A DNA stretch of 64,000 bases from an uncultured cyanobacterium (GCA_963793265.1 CAWBZI010000006.1:352001-416000); one strand, 5' to 3'; numbered from the stretch's first letter, positions 19,401-29,676 are shown. Numbers and translations are program-made. Notes: generated by a model not told the origin, from the sequence alone.

Positions 19401-22032
19401 GCGTTAAATCGGAGGACTCCTCTTCGTTTTTTTCGCTGTCAGCTTCTTCAAAATAAAGACTCTCAGAATCAGCTTCTTCAGAGTTTTCTTCTTCTGGCAG
19501 CGATACTAAATCGCCCCATAGCTCATCTGTATCTAAGTCAAAACTAGAAGATGAATCAAAGCCTATCTCTGGTGAGTCTGATTTTGTTTCATGGCTAACC
19601 TCTTCAGAAACTTCGAGTAGTTCATCTAGCTCAGAACCGGCCTGTTCAACATCTAAGCCGACATCAAATGAAGCTGACCGCTCAGAGCCTAAAAAGACAG
19701 CCTCTAAATCTATATCATCGGTACTTGACTGTGGTTCGCTCGTCGTTGACCATTCCAGCCCAGATAAATTGTCTTCGTTCTGATTGACAGTATCATCTAT
19801 GCCCGTCAGCGTAGACTCTACAGCAAGCTCCCCCCAAGGGTCATCGGCAAGCTGTTCTCCAGATTGCAATTCAGAACCTGCTTCTGACTCAAGAAAGTCT
19901 TCATCTATCGCTTCCTCAAACGCGTCAAATGTAGGCGTTTCGCCTGCTTTGTTGTTTGTTTTGCCAGTAGGTTGATCAGAATCTTCTGGCTCAGTGTCCA
20001 AAAAGAAACTATCGATGGCTTCTTCCGCTTCAAGAAGCTGAACGCCTGTCAGCGTAGGAAACTCAATATCTAGTTCACGAGGCGCAGCTTTTTGCGAAAC
20101 GGCTGGCTCGCGAACGATAGGCGTTTCTAACTGATCTACGTTAGAACTCTCTAAATTTTCACTATCTTCTGTATCAAAATCTATTCCTGCGCTTGTTTCT
20201 AATTCTTCCGATGTGTCCGCTGGTGCCTCTAGTAATTCATCAACGCTACCGCCGAACAGCTCATCGTTACTGTCTTCTTCCCACAAGTCTTCAGAGAGTG
20301 CAGCCATATCAGCAGCCATATCAACGGCCATTGCTTCAGGTGCGGTATCTTCCTCTACTGAGCTGTCTAAAACGTCTATGTCTGAAATGTCTAAGTTTAA
20401 GGAGTCTAAAGAGAAATCATCTAGGCTCGCCTCGTCGGCGATCGCAAATTCCTCATCAGTCAACGTCCCACCGAACAAATCATCATCCACCTCACCGTCA
20501 ACAGCGACTTCTGGAAGCGCTACGGCTGAGTCTGTGGCCAACAAGTCAGTCAGATCGCCCTCTGTTGACATGTCAATTTTTTCAGGATGAAGCTGCATTT
20601 CTTCTGAGATGAAAGCATGTCCGCCTAAGGTATTATCCAGCTCATCCAAATCGCCATCGAATAGATCAGCCAGGCTATTTAGCTCTTCCGTGCCTACATC
20701 AGGCCCAGTCACATTCACAGTCGCCAGTAGTGCATCTAGCGATTCGTCTGCTTTCTCGCTCTTACTATCGCTACGGTTTAGCGTCGAAAGTTCCGAAGGA
20801 ATTTCATCAAAGTCCAGATCCAGGCTCAGCCGACTGATATCATCCTCTATCTCTAAATCATCTGTCGTCTGCGTATCTGTTGTATCTATTCCACCTTTAG
20901 AATCAGCCTCAGAACCACTGTCAAAATCAAGTTCTGTGTGATCCGATTCACTTTCAAATAAGCCGTCGAAGTCGTCTTCAGCATCCGTATCTGCAAAACT
21001 ATCCTCTGCCGCTGAACCAAGTCCTTCTAAGCTCAGCGCTTCTAAACTAGCTGCTGACTCAGCAGGCGGCAGATCCGGCTCATCTGAAAACAAGCCATCT
21101 AGCTCACCTGCACTCTCCGCATTCTCTGGTGACTCAAAATCTTCATCCAGTTCGCTCAGGCTAGCTTCTAACCCGCTTTCAAAGTCCAACTCGTCTAAAC
21201 CTGCAGGCCCCGTATCAGCTAAATCATTAGCTAGCACGTCTTCTGGCAATAAAGCCTGCATTGCTTCTGATACAGCAACTTCCGAAGCTCTACCTGAGAG
21301 TACTAAGCCCTGAGCCTTCTTAATATCTTTGATCAGCACAGGTGCGAGCGAACGATAGTCATTGCTCGTACTCGCAGAGGCAAGCCGCGCTGTTTCTATC
21401 AAATCGCACCAAGCGTCTAGCTCAAACTGCTCCCCGAGGGCAAACAACTGAGTACAGATATTCTGAATTTTCTTTCTGGTTTCAGCATTATCAGCTTGCT
21501 TAAAAGCTGCCAGCATTTGCCGCAACAAAGCGGCTACGTCCTGCTTAAATGTGGCTTGCAAAGCTTCAGGCGAATGACTAGCCGTAGGCCGATCGGCCTT
21601 GCTACCCGCTTTGCTGACAAGTGAATTGAGGTGCGACTCCAATCGCTCAAAAACCGGCTCAACATCAGCCATAATTTCTTGAGCTTTGTCCTGCGTCAGA
21701 CCAAACGGGCCTTCTAGCTGCTCCAGCAAATCTTTAAGACCATCAGAAGTTCTTAGAAACATCGTTTCTAAAGTGCGATCTACCGTCACAGGAGCCTCTT
21801 TTAAGACCTTGAAGTAGTCCTCCATGCGGTGAGCTATCTGCTGGATGCTATCTAAGCCCAGCATAGCTGCCCCGCCTTTGACAGAGTGGGCCGCTCTAAA
21901 GACTTCGTTGGCTTTTTCAGAGTCTTCAATCGTGGCCTGAAGACTGAGCAACCCCTGTTCAATTGTGTTGAGGTGGTCTTTGGCCTCCTCAATAAAATAT
22001 CCCATGATGCGCTGTTGTTGCTCAGGCAGCAT
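16489..22032 (-). CDS. hmpE: CheA-like hybrid histidine kinase (Hpt - acidic linker - HATPase - CheW - REC), HmpE/PilL type
   Basis: FRAAHSVKGGAAMLG (Hpt), DPLTHLVNNAITHGIE, GFST...GRGVGMDVV, CheW domain, C-terminal receiver. Confidence 0.92.
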   Translation of the reverse strand: MLPEQQQRIMGYFIEEAKDHLNTIEQGLLSLQATIEDSEKANEVFRAAHSVKGGAAMLGLDSIQQIAHRMEDYFKVLKEAPVTVDRTLETMFLRTSDGLKDLLEQLEGPFGLTQDKAQEIMADVEPVFERLESHLNSLVSKAGSKADRPTASHSPEALQATFKQDVAALLRQMLAAFKQADNAETRKKIQNICTQLFALGEQFELDAWCDLIETARLASASTSNDYRSLAPVLIKDIKKAQGLVLSGRASEVAVSEAMQALLPEDVLANDLADTGPAGLDELDFESGLEASLSELDEDFESPENAESAGELDGLFSDEPDLPPAESAASLEALSLEGLGSAAEDSFADTDAEDDFDGLFESESDHTELDFDSGSEADSKGGIDTTDTQTTDDLEIEDDISRLSLDLDFDEIPSELSTLNRSDSKSEKADESLDALLATVNVTGPDVGTEELNSLADLFDGDLDELDNTLGGHAFISEEMQLHPEKIDMSTEGDLTDLLATDSAVALPEVAVDGEVDDDLFGGTLTDEEFAIADEASLDDFSLDSLNLDISDIDVLDSSVEEDTAPEAMAVDMAADMAALSEDLWEEDSNDELFGGSVDELLEAPADTSEELETSAGIDFDTEDSENLESSNVDQLETPIVREPAVSQKAAPRELDIEFPTLTGVQLLEAEEAIDSFFLDTEPEDSDQPTGKTNNKAGETPTFDAFEEAIDEDFLESEAGSELQSGEQLADDPWGELAVESTLTGIDDTVNQNEDNLSGLEWSTTSEPQSSTDDIDLEAVFLGSERSASFDVGLDVEQAGSELDELLEVSEEVSHETKSDSPEIGFDSSSSFDLDTDELWGDLVSLPEEENSEEADSESLYFEEADSEKNEEESSDLTLNLMSETTEDSEEIEDVLSMPDAEIASVEDSSNALEGFDVSGDELSAEILADFETAFGGEEALDELLESSVADSSEDASDGLFLDASEFESDEVPASASEPVNDILFTDDIEDAVADNLSDDLDDALSQEVAIDTSEIDALDINDLEIDDLLDFDSLDGDRADDIKTDIAAVAEIEDDSDEALDGFLTEDELAAIDDEPLQFDLPQPEAIAIPIPPADNFGDLDSLLAEESSDGDDFDNLDSLLAEEDDSSEPDTDDMPTFVGGLRTSNSSSEESHEEEDFGDLEKLLEDGPDEGGGAPLAETQRRSPQRAVQRRSSGGVREQNMRVSVKHLDTLSNLVGELVVSRNTLERDQERLRQFLDNLLFQVQQLNDVGQRMRDLYERSLLESSLMSNRRAHDSANAQQADPTAFEDHATGETFDALEMDRFTGFHTLSQEMIELIVRVRESSSDIGYTVESSDQVTRQFRQITTQLQEGLNTARMVAFSQAADRLPRAVRDISLKCGKEARLIVEGQDTLIDKMIVEHLYDPLTHLVNNAITHGIEPPEERKKAGKLPEGSITVRAFYQGNQTVIYVADDGGGINTEFVKRKAIEKNLIGEAEAADLSDLETYELLFHPGFSTRDQADDFAGRGVGMDVVRTSLADIRGSVTIDSEMGKGTSFTIRLPLTLSISKALSCVSNQARIAFPMDGVEDMLDVPRDRIVKNEQDQDCVKWRDTLLPFQPVTNLLKFNRTLGRSRVYGGSQDDDVLSIIVLRSANTYIAVQVDQVIGEQEIVIKQLEGPVPKPLGIAGATVLGDGRVMPIADVLELIDIAMGRIRRDSASMTWAQDAAKAMEEAPVKNDPTVLIVDDSITVRELLSMSFNKVGYRVEQARDGQEAWDKLRSGLPCDLVFCDIEMPRMDGLELLSRMQKDNHLSSIPIAMLTSRGADRHRQMAVDLGASGYFTKPYLEEALLDAAQRMLNGETLAKGRGG

Positions 22033-22179
22033 AGCCGCTTTCTCCCTTATTGCGATGGCACTGATAATAGGCTACTTTGTGATACTCGCAACCTGATTTT
22101 TTGTCTTCTGACGTTTGGTACTTTGACTTTTTGCACAATGGCTGTGCTCGAAAGGGATATGCCTGTAAGTAGCGATCGC

Positions 22180-25047
22180 TCACTTTTCACCCTTTTTATT
22201 GACCTTAAACTTATCAACCGAAGTCAATAAATCCTTAGCAACCCCAACCAGGTTCTGCAATGAACCCGATACCCGCTGCGACTCCTGCGAGGTTTCCTGC
22301 GCGGTCAGCTCAACCGACTGCATCACCTGAGCAACCGCCCGAGAGGTTTCAGTTTGCTCAACGGTATCTGCTGTAATAGAGCGCACCAGCACATCAATTC
22401 GATTAGAAACGTGAATAATATCGTCTAATGACTGTTTTGCCTGCTCAGCTAGTCTGGTTCCCTCAATAACTTGCTGAGTGCCCTCCTCCATAGCCGTCAT
22501 TACCCCGCCCGTCTCGCCCTGAATTTGCAGCACGATCTGCTCAATTTCTTTAGAGGCTTTGGCCGCCCTATCGGCAAGCTGTCTCACCTCATCAGCCACA
22601 ATCGCAAAGCCGCGTCCGGCCTCACCAGCTCTAGCCGCCTCAATACTAGCGTTTAGCGCCAGCAAGTTTGTCCGCGAAGCAATCTGCGAAATCAACGCCA
22701 CAATCTTAGAGATTTCTTGAGAAGATTCGGCTAACCGCTTCACCTTACGGGTGGTATCCGCCACCGTTTCTCGAATGTCCAGGATGCCAGCCACCGTCCT
22801 TTCTACAGCCTCTCCCCCTCGCAGCGCGGTTTCAGACGCCGAACGAGCCACTTCCTCTGCCTCGCGAGCACTTTCGGCCACACGCTGAATAGAGTCAGTC
22901 ATCACCTGCACAGAGTTCAGCGTCACCGCTAATTCTTCCGCCTGACGCAGCGCATCTGCTGAGAGCGCTCTAGCAAAGGCTTCATTCTCTGTCGATCCCT
23001 GGCTCACCTGTCGGGCCGCTACGCTTACCTGCTTTACGATTTCGCGCAGATTCTCAATCGTCAGGTTAAACGAGTCGGCAACAGCACCCAAAACGTCAGC
23101 CGTCACTTCCGCTTTCACGGTCAAATCGCCTCTGGCCGCACCTTCTACGTCATCTAGTAGACGAATCACCTGGCGCTGCAAGTCTTCTTTAGCCTGCTCT
23201 TGCTCTTGAGCCTTGCGCTGCGCTTCATTCGTGGTAGTGAAAATAGAACTCGCCATCTGGTTGAACCCTTCGGAGAGCTGGCCAAATTCGTCGCGGGTGA
23301 GAATGGTGGCCCTAGCGTTCAGGTCGCCCCTAGAAATTTGATTAAACCGAATTTGCAAGTCGTTAACGGTTTGACGAGTGCGTCGCTCCAATAAGTAGCC
23401 CAGGCCAAGGGCACTGCCAAAGCTGACAACGCCAGCAGCAGCACCCGTGGCGAGGGGATAGGTTTTTGACTGTTGGGGTGGGGACATTACGAAGCCCATT
23501 GCGGTGAGAGCGATCGCAGAAATCGTGCCGACCGAGCCCGCCAGCATCAGCCGCTTAGTCGGCATCGAAGCATTTTCTATCGGCGCAAGCGCTCCCTGCT
23601 TACGAGGCTTAGGATTGCTCACCGCCTTTTTATTAAACACGGGCATCGCAGACGCCTGAGCCACATCAAACCCGCTGGATTCTGCTAGTTCTGAGTCAGC
23701 TTCGGACATCGCACTGCCAAACTGACTGGGCATAGCCCCAATAGAAGGGCTCGTAAAGCCAGCAGAGCTATCTGAGAGATCAAAGTCGGGGATGCTCTCA
23801 AAGTCGTCAAAGTCATCAAACGCATCGCCAAAGGCAGTGGGCTCTGCATGGCTATCTAACGCACCATCGTCATCGGCAACTTCAAAATTATTAGCCCCAA
23901 AGTTATCATCTCCGAACGCATTACTATCATCAAAGCTCAAGGTCGGATCAGAAGTCTCTGCGGCAGCAAAGCCTTGCGACGCCTCCTCAGGCTCCACCAT
24001 AAATAAAGTCTTATCTTCTACGTCTGCCTCAGACATGGGCTCAAAAGACAAGTCGGCAAACGCCTCACTATCGTCCTCTGGAAAAGACTCAAAGCTATCC
24101 TCTGGCTTGTAGCTATTTTTAGCAGCAGCACTAGCTGCCGGGCTCATAGGCTGAGCAACCGGCTGGCTACCGACCGCGCCACTGGTGCCAAACGCCTCAT
24201 CAAATTCGGCCATATCGAAGCCACCAGTAGCATCATTACTGAAGGTCGTTACGCCACCGTCGTCGCTTGAGTCATCAGCCATGTTGAAGCTAAACGGATC
24301 GTCTTCTAGCGTGGCAACTAGCGGATCTGCCTCACCTAGATCTTCAGTTACGAGGTCTTCAGTTGCCAGATCCTCGGTGACAAAGCTGCTGACGCTAAAA
24401 GGATTATCGCCTTCGTCTTCATCTATTGCAGGAGATTCAGCATTGCTAGATGAAACCGCAAACGGGTTATCAGGCTCATCAAAATCGCTATCTGAAGCCG
24501 CTGAGTCGTCTGTGGGACTATCTGAGGTAAGCCCAGTCGAAAAATCACCAGATGAAAAATCGTCGAACGCTTCTAGCTCATCATGAGTTTCAGTTTCGGT
24601 AGAGCCTGACCAGGCAGCTACGTTTGCCCCATCAGCATTTGCTGGCTCATTTGCTGTCTCAAAGGCATCTACCGAGTCAAAAGCATCTACCGCATCAAAA
24701 TTATCAGCGGCTTCTGAGAGTCCGTCGTCAAATTCATCTGGCATAGGCGAAGATACTTCTGTAAATTCGCCAGCAGCCTCTGCGGCATAGGCCAAACCAT
24801 TATTGGCATAGTCTACAAACTCTGGGTCGGAAGAAAGGTGCAATACAGATTTGTACTGCTGTTGAGCAACCTCATACTGCTGCAACCCGTAGCAGTAGAT
24901 GTGCCCTTTGAGCAGCAATACGCTGGGGTCTGTAGGATATTCGTCAGCGAGCTGATTGATCGCATCTGCTGCCTCCTCATAGCTCCCTTGCATGTAGGCT
25001 TTTTCTGCCGCCTGATAGGATTGTGCGTAGTCAGTGCCCGATGCCAT
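22180..25047 (-). CDS. hmpD: Methyl-accepting chemotaxis protein with N-terminal TPR, HmpD/PilJ type
   Basis: TPR-like N-terminus, acidic linker, two adjacent TM helices, HAMP (DEFGQL..FNQM), [31 protein letters not shown]. Confidence 0.93.
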   Translation of the reverse strand: MASGTDYAQSYQAAEKAYMQGSYEEAADAINQLADEYPTDPSVLLLKGHIYCYGLQQYEVAQQQYKSVLHLSSDPEFVDYANNGLAYAAEAAGEFTEVSSPMPDEFDDGLSEAADNFDAVDAFDSVDAFETANEPANADGANVAAWSGSTETETHDELEAFDDFSSGDFSTGLTSDSPTDDSAASDSDFDEPDNPFAVSSSNAESPAIDEDEGDNPFSVSSFVTEDLATEDLVTEDLGEADPLVATLEDDPFSFNMADDSSDDGGVTTFSNDATGGFDMAEFDEAFGTSGAVGSQPVAQPMSPAASAAAKNSYKPEDSFESFPEDDSEAFADLSFEPMSEADVEDKTLFMVEPEEASQGFAAAETSDPTLSFDDSNAFGDDNFGANNFEVADDDGALDSHAEPTAFGDAFDDFDDFESIPDFDLSDSSAGFTSPSIGAMPSQFGSAMSEADSELAESSGFDVAQASAMPVFNKKAVSNPKPRKQGALAPIENASMPTKRLMLAGSVGTISAIALTAMGFVMSPPQQSKTYPLATGAAAGVVSFGSALGLGYLLERRTRQTVNDLQIRFNQISRGDLNARATILTRDEFGQLSEGFNQMASSIFTTTNEAQRKAQEQEQAKEDLQRQVIRLLDDVEGAARGDLTVKAEVTADVLGAVADSFNLTIENLREIVKQVSVAARQVSQGSTENEAFARALSADALRQAEELAVTLNSVQVMTDSIQRVAESAREAEEVARSASETALRGGEAVERTVAGILDIRETVADTTRKVKRLAESSQEISKIVALISQIASRTNLLALNASIEAARAGEAGRGFAIVADEVRQLADRAAKASKEIEQIVLQIQGETGGVMTAMEEGTQQVIEGTRLAEQAKQSLDDIIHVSNRIDVLVRSITADTVEQTETSRAVAQVMQSVELTAQETSQESQRVSGSLQNLVGVAKDLLTSVDKFKVNKKGEK

Positions 25048-25142
25048 GGTTCCTTTTCCTCTTGCCGATCCGATGCTTGATGTGTGAATTGCCTAAATGT
25101 CTTGTTGGGTTGTCTTTAGTTAAAGTGGGTAAAGTTTTAGGG

Positions 25143-25688
25143 CTAGGCAACCCAGCGCGCCGAGCGCAGAATAGCGATATGATCTAACAGCTTTAGCGAC
25201 TTTCCTACCCCCGGCGGCGCATCATCTGATGTGAGTGGCCACTCCCCTTTCAAAAAAGGAGCCATCACATCAGAAGGGTCGGCGGTTGCTTTTAGCGCGT
25301 CAATATCTAACCAGTCGGTGCCGACGATCTGGTTAACGGCTAAGCCCAGCATCGTACCAGCTTCTTCTACCGCAATCACCGGAATCTCCGCACGGTCAGT
25401 ATTCATCGGTACCGAATAGCCTAAAAACTGACCTAAATCAGCAACCCAAATAACGCGGCCCTGCTCGTTGAGCGTGCCTAATAGCAAAGGCGATACGTTA
25501 GGAACCGGCGTGATGTGATCAGGCGCATGTTCAATAATGCGGCGAATGCCCGTAGCCGGAAGGGCAAATTCCTCATCGTCAGTCATAAAAAAACGCAGGT
25601 GAAGTTCACCTTCTGGCGTTTCAATTTCCTGAAGTTCAGGAGCCTGATCGCGTCCTGATATTGTTTGAAAGTCGGGGTTTCCTACCAT
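25143..25688 (-). CDS. hmpC: CheW protein, HmpC/PilI type
   Basis: MVGNPDF start, ITPVPNVSPLLLGTLN..GRVIWVADLGQFLG. Confidence 0.92.
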   Translation of the reverse strand: MVGNPDFQTISGRDQAPELQEIETPEGELHLRFFMTDDEEFALPATGIRRIIEHAPDHITPVPNVSPLLLGTLNEQGRVIWVADLGQFLGYSVPMNTDRAEIPVIAVEEAGTMLGLAVNQIVGTDWLDIDALKATADPSDVMAPFLKGEWPLTSDDAPPGVGKSLKLLDHIAILRSARWVA

Positions 25689-25716
25689 GGCACTCTTTTC
25701 CTAACGTTTTTTGGGC

Positions 25717-26082
25717 TTATCCCAGTAACAGTTGTTTGACAGTGCCCACTAGCTCTGTAGGCTGAAAGGGCTTAGCAATGTAGGCGTCGGCCCCTTGCTT
25801 CATGCCCCAATAGCGGTCAAATTCTTCCCCCTTAGAAGAGCACAGCACCACGGGAAGATCTCTGGTGGCGACGTTTGACTTGATCCGGCGGCACACCTCG
25901 TATCCGTTCATCTTGGGCATGACAATATCGAGGAGTACCAGATCAGGCACGTTTCCTTGAATAAACCTCAGCGCCTCAATACCGTCACTAACAGCGGTGA
26001 CGGTTAGCCCGCTCCCTTCGAGCAGACCTTTAATCATTTCTCGCTGGGCGACGCTGTCTTCGACGACCAAAACTGTGCTCAT
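25717..26082 (-). CDS. hmpB: CheY-like response regulator, HmpB/PilH type
   Basis: VLVVEDS, DIVMPKMNGYEVCR, CSSKGEEFDRYWGMKQGADAYIAKPF. Confidence 0.94.
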   Translation of the reverse strand: MSTVLVVEDSVAQREMIKGLLEGSGLTVTAVSDGIEALRFIQGNVPDLVLLDIVMPKMNGYEVCRRIKSNVATRDLPVVLCSSKGEEFDRYWGMKQGADAYIAKPFQPTELVGTVKQLLLG

Positions 26083-26472
26083 AATCTCTACAACCTGTGA
26101 CCCTATGAGCTGCCCAGTTGCGGTCAGCTATATATAAGGCGTTGGGGGCTACTCAGCAAAATTAACTGTTGCGTTAACTGGCTCAAGCATTCCCTGAGAA
26201 ATAGAGAATAGCGCACTTTTGAGCGGTAGCCCTTTTAAGAACACTTTGCGCTACAGGTGTCTGCTATGTAATCAAAGTACCCTGGCTAGTTTTATTTGTT
26301 AAACATTAATTGATAAATGCCGCATTGTTAGCTCATGGGCCGGTTTACAAAGCGCGCTTGTGGGCATATTGAGTGGGCATATTAAGAGCCCCACTAAGCC
26401 TTGTGCCCATCGGGCTTTGGGTAAGAACTGAGCCTTGGGTTAAGGGCCTGCATAAATAGAGGAAACGCCAGC

Positions 26473-28218
26473 GTGCTTTATCTAGCTGAGACACAAAAGA
26501 AGAGTGGATTTATTGGGAGCGGTAAGGCGGAGTTTAAGCTGCTTGCCTGTCAGCGTTCTGAGCACGATTGGAGCGCGGTACCTGGAGACGAAGTGGTAGC
26601 TGCACCCGATGATGCGACCTATGGCGCGGATACGCTGGTAATGATTGAGCTGAATAGCAGTCGCCAGGTGCAGCGTCATAAGGAGGCGGGGCGATCGCTC
26701 GTGAGCATTCTGCAAAATTTCTCTGGGCTAAGCAAAAAGTTTAAGGCCCAAGGGGAGGAAATTGAGCAGTGGAAGGAGTCGCTGACCTATCAAAGCCAGG
26801 CGCTAAACCGGCGGGAGATGGAAATTGAAACTCGCCAGGATCAAATTGATCAGGCGGAGGCGGATTTAGCACAGATAGAGGAAAAGCAGCAGGCTGTAGA
26901 GGCTCAGCAAAGTGAAGTGGAAGCGCTGCGAGAGGAGCTAACAAGGAAGAACGCTGAGCTAGAAGGCGCTTGGGCTCATCTCAATGGAGAAATTCAGCGG
27001 TTTGAAGAGCAGCAGTCTGATGCGAGCGCTAGCGGTGGGCTCAGCGATGAGCAGGCACACCAAATGCGGACTGCGATCACTCAATTAGCAGAGGCAAGCA
27101 TTTCGGCAACGGCAGTCAGCGACGATCTGACAGCGGCATTCGAGCTGGTGGCTCACTACCAAGCTGAGGTTGTAGAGAACCAGCAGATTTTAGATCAGAA
27201 GCGAACGGAAGTTACCGCTGGAGAAGAAGCGTTGACGGTTCAGACTGAGACTTTGGTAGAGGCAAAGCGATCGCTTACCGAATCAGAAACAATGCTCTGT
27301 GCCACGCAAGGTAACCTACAGCAGCAGCAGACTTTACTGGGCGCGAAACAAGACCAGAACCAGCTACTCACCGACCAGCTCAAGAACCAATCGAACCTTC
27401 ATCAGCAGGTATATAAGCTACTCAACGCAACCGACAAGGTACGCTTGAGTAAAAAAGTAGATGTCGCAGCGCTTGAGGCCATGTCAGTCGATGAGCTGCA
27501 AGGTGTGGTATCACAGCTAGAAAAAGACCTAGATAAAATGTCTCGGTTTGTCAGCGACCAAGAGGAAGAGCTAAAGCTACAGCAGGATGACATTGACGCA
27601 ATTCAGGCAAAGATAGAAGCGGCCAGTGAGTTTGACCGACTACAGCTAGAGACTGAAATTGCTGAAGAGAAAGACCGCCATGTAATGCTTAACCGAACGC
27701 TAGTCGGGCAGCGGCGTAATTTGCTAGAGCGAGAAGAAGTGCTTGAGCAGCATCGAGCGGTTTTACTCCGTAGGCAAGGGCTGGCCACGGAAGGCTCGGC
27801 GGGGGCCGCTGAACTTGAGCCTTTCTTAGATGAAATTGATGAGATGCGGGCTCGATTAGGAGAGCAAATTCAGGAGATAGAGGCTCAAAGCGCTCAGATT
27901 CAGACTGAGATTGACGCGCTTAAGCAAACCAAGCAGCAGCAGCAGGAAACGATTGAGGCTCACAAGCAGGCCGTAAGTGCGGCGGTAGAAAGCTGCGATG
28001 TGCAAAGGCACGCGATCGGTCAGGCTCAAGGGCAAGTTGTGCTGTATGAATCGCTATTGCCTTCAATTGAAGAACGGCTTGGCAGCTTTTATCTGAAGCT
28101 AGAGGCTATTTCTCAGACGGTTGCGCAAATTCAGTCGGCAGAGGCTCAGCAGCAAAGCGCGATCGCCCAGGCTCAGCAGGTCGTGAGCGCCTTAGACGCA
28201 GCGCCAGCATTGGTGTAG
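26473..28218 (+). CDS. hmpF: Pilus motility taxis coiled-coil protein HmpF
   Basis: MLYLAE.QKK, LLACQRSE..WSAV, EEIEQWKESLTYQSQ.LNRREME; long coiled coil; divergent from hmpB. Confidence 0.9.
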   Translation: MLYLAETQKKSGFIGSGKAEFKLLACQRSEHDWSAVPGDEVVAAPDDATYGADTLVMIELNSSRQVQRHKEAGRSLVSILQNFSGLSKKFKAQGEEIEQWKESLTYQSQALNRREMEIETRQDQIDQAEADLAQIEEKQQAVEAQQSEVEALREELTRKNAELEGAWAHLNGEIQRFEEQQSDASASGGLSDEQAHQMRTAITQLAEASISATAVSDDLTAAFELVAHYQAEVVENQQILDQKRTEVTAGEEALTVQTETLVEAKRSLTESETMLCATQGNLQQQQTLLGAKQDQNQLLTDQLKNQSNLHQQVYKLLNATDKVRLSKKVDVAALEAMSVDELQGVVSQLEKDLDKMSRFVSDQEEELKLQQDDIDAIQAKIEAASEFDRLQLETEIAEEKDRHVMLNRTLVGQRRNLLEREEVLEQHRAVLLRRQGLATEGSAGAAELEPFLDEIDEMRARLGEQIQEIEAQSAQIQTEIDALKQTKQQQQETIEAHKQAVSAAVESCDVQRHAIGQAQGQVVLYESLLPSIEERLGSFYLKLEAISQTVAQIQSAEAQQQSAIAQAQQVVSALDAAPALV

Positions 28219-28294
28219 GTAGGTGTAGCTAAAGTACGGTAGATAGCGGTACCTTAAAGGCTGAAAGATCTATGCTGAGTCGAGAGAAACAACT

Positions 28295-28534
28295 ATGTCA
28301 GCAGAAAAAGGCTCAGCAGAGTTTATTAAGCTCGATCAGTTTTTGAAAGTTACTGATGTCGCCCAGTCTGGCGGTGAAGCGAAGCTAATTATCCGCAGCG
28401 GCGAAGTCTTTGTGAATGGCGAGATGGAGCTAAGACGCGGGCGCAAGCTATACGATCAGGATGTGGTAACCGTAGACAACGTTTCTTTTACGGTCGAGAT
28501 GGAGCCTGCTAGCGAATCTGACAATGTTGAGTAA
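28295..28534 (+). CDS. S4-domain RNA-binding protein (YbcJ/YaaA-like)
   Basis: IKLDQFLK...SGGEAK..I..GEV.VNGE.E.RRGRKL. Confidence 0.92.
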   Translation: MSAEKGSAEFIKLDQFLKVTDVAQSGGEAKLIIRSGEVFVNGEMELRRGRKLYDQDVVTVDNVSFTVEMEPASESDNVE

Positions 28535-28643
28535 AGCCCTGCTTTCTTGCAATCGGCTCTCCCACAATATTCTGTAAGCCACATACACTAGAGATGCCGG
28601 TAGGCAATTGTACACAGACTTATTACTTATAGGAGAGAAATGA

Positions 28644-28904
28644 ATGCAGCCCAAGGTTGAGATTTATACATGGAGCCGCTGCCCTTTTTGTATTCGCGCT
28701 AAGTCGCTGTTAGACAAAAAAGGGGTTGAGTATACGGAATATTGCATTGATGGCGATGAGGCTGCTCGCGATGAGATGGCCGACCGAGCGGGACGGCGAT
28801 CGCTGCCACAAATATTTATTGACGATCAGCATATCGGTGGCTGTGATGATATTCACGCGTTAGAGCGCAAAGGTCGTTTAGATAGCTTGCTGGCTGTTAG
28901 CTAG
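28644..28904 (+). CDS. grxC: Glutaredoxin 3
   Basis: CPFC active site, SLPQIFI, IGGCDD. Confidence 0.96.
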   Translation: MQPKVEIYTWSRCPFCIRAKSLLDKKGVEYTEYCIDGDEAARDEMADRAGRRSLPQIFIDDQHIGGCDDIHALERKGRLDSLLAVS

Positions 28905-28929
28905 AGACATAAGCCGAGCTGGATGAGAA

Positions 28930-28977
28930 AAAAAGACCGTAGCGATTGCTTTTAGAGGCGATCGCTACGGTCTTTTT
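28930..28977. terminator. Bidirectional terminator between grxC and hpf
   Basis: AAAAAGACCGTAGCGATTGC / GCGATCGCTACGGTCTTTTT. Confidence 0.85.
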
Positions 28978-29004
28978 AAGCTATTACTCAAGTCTCGGTT
29001 GGTT

Positions 29005-29676
29005 TTAAGAGGCTCGCGATAGCGGCGTTACGTTAGACATTGCCATCTCTTTGCGACCGTTTTGAGATGCTTTGCCGTGGTTTTGCTTGGGCTGTAGCAA
29101 TCCGTAGCCCTTATGATTGCGCTCATAAATCACGTTGATTTCGTCGGTAGCAATATTACGGAACATGTAAAAATCATGGCCAACTAGCTCCAGGTTTTCT
29201 AAAGCTTCTTGAACCGTCATCGCAGGCATTGCGAAGTATTTAGTGCGAACCACTTCAACCGGTAGCTCAGGCTGATGGTTTAGCACTTCGCTAATGTCAG
29301 GGCTTCCATCAGGGGCTATATCAGGAGCGCTCAAGGTCGCATCTACATCGGTGGGGCGAACCGAGGTGTGATCTTGATGGCGGCGCTTCTCTTTGTACTT
29401 GCGCAACTGACGGGTAATTTTGCTGGTTACCATGTCGATGCTGGCGTATAAATTCTCGCTGCTTTCTTCTGCTCGTACGACCGCATTGTTAAGATAGAGC
29501 GTGACTTCTGTCGCTTGCTTCGGAGCTATTCGAGGGTTGTTTTCAACAGAGAGATTGACATCTACTTTATGAATTAGGTGTTTAAAGTGGGCTGTCGCTT
29601 TCTCAATCTTTTGGTGAACATGAGTCCGAATGGCATCTGTGATCTCAATGTTTTTACCCTGTACTACTAGCTTCAT
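29005..29676 (-). CDS. hpf: Ribosome hibernation promoting factor (LrtA, long HPF)
   Basis: MKLVVQGKNIEITDAI, ENLYASID, RQLRKYKEK, VVRTKYF, HDFYMF. Confidence 0.95.
   Translation of the reverse strand: MKLVVQGKNIEITDAIRTHVHQKIEKATAHFKHLIHKVDVNLSVENNPRIAPKQATEVTLYLNNAVVRAEESSENLYASIDMVTSKITRQLRKYKEKRRHQDHTSVRPTDVDATLSAPDIAPDGSPDISEVLNHQPELPVEVVRTKYFAMPAMTVQEALENLELVGHDFYMFRNIATDEINVIYERNHKGYGLLQPKQNHGKASQNGRKEMAMSNVTPLSRAS

Noticed and set aside
18818..24586. Many Ser-rich plus-strand ORFs opposite hmpE and hmpD
   Set aside because: Antisense shadows of Asp/Glu codons (GAN read as NTC/TCN on the other strand)
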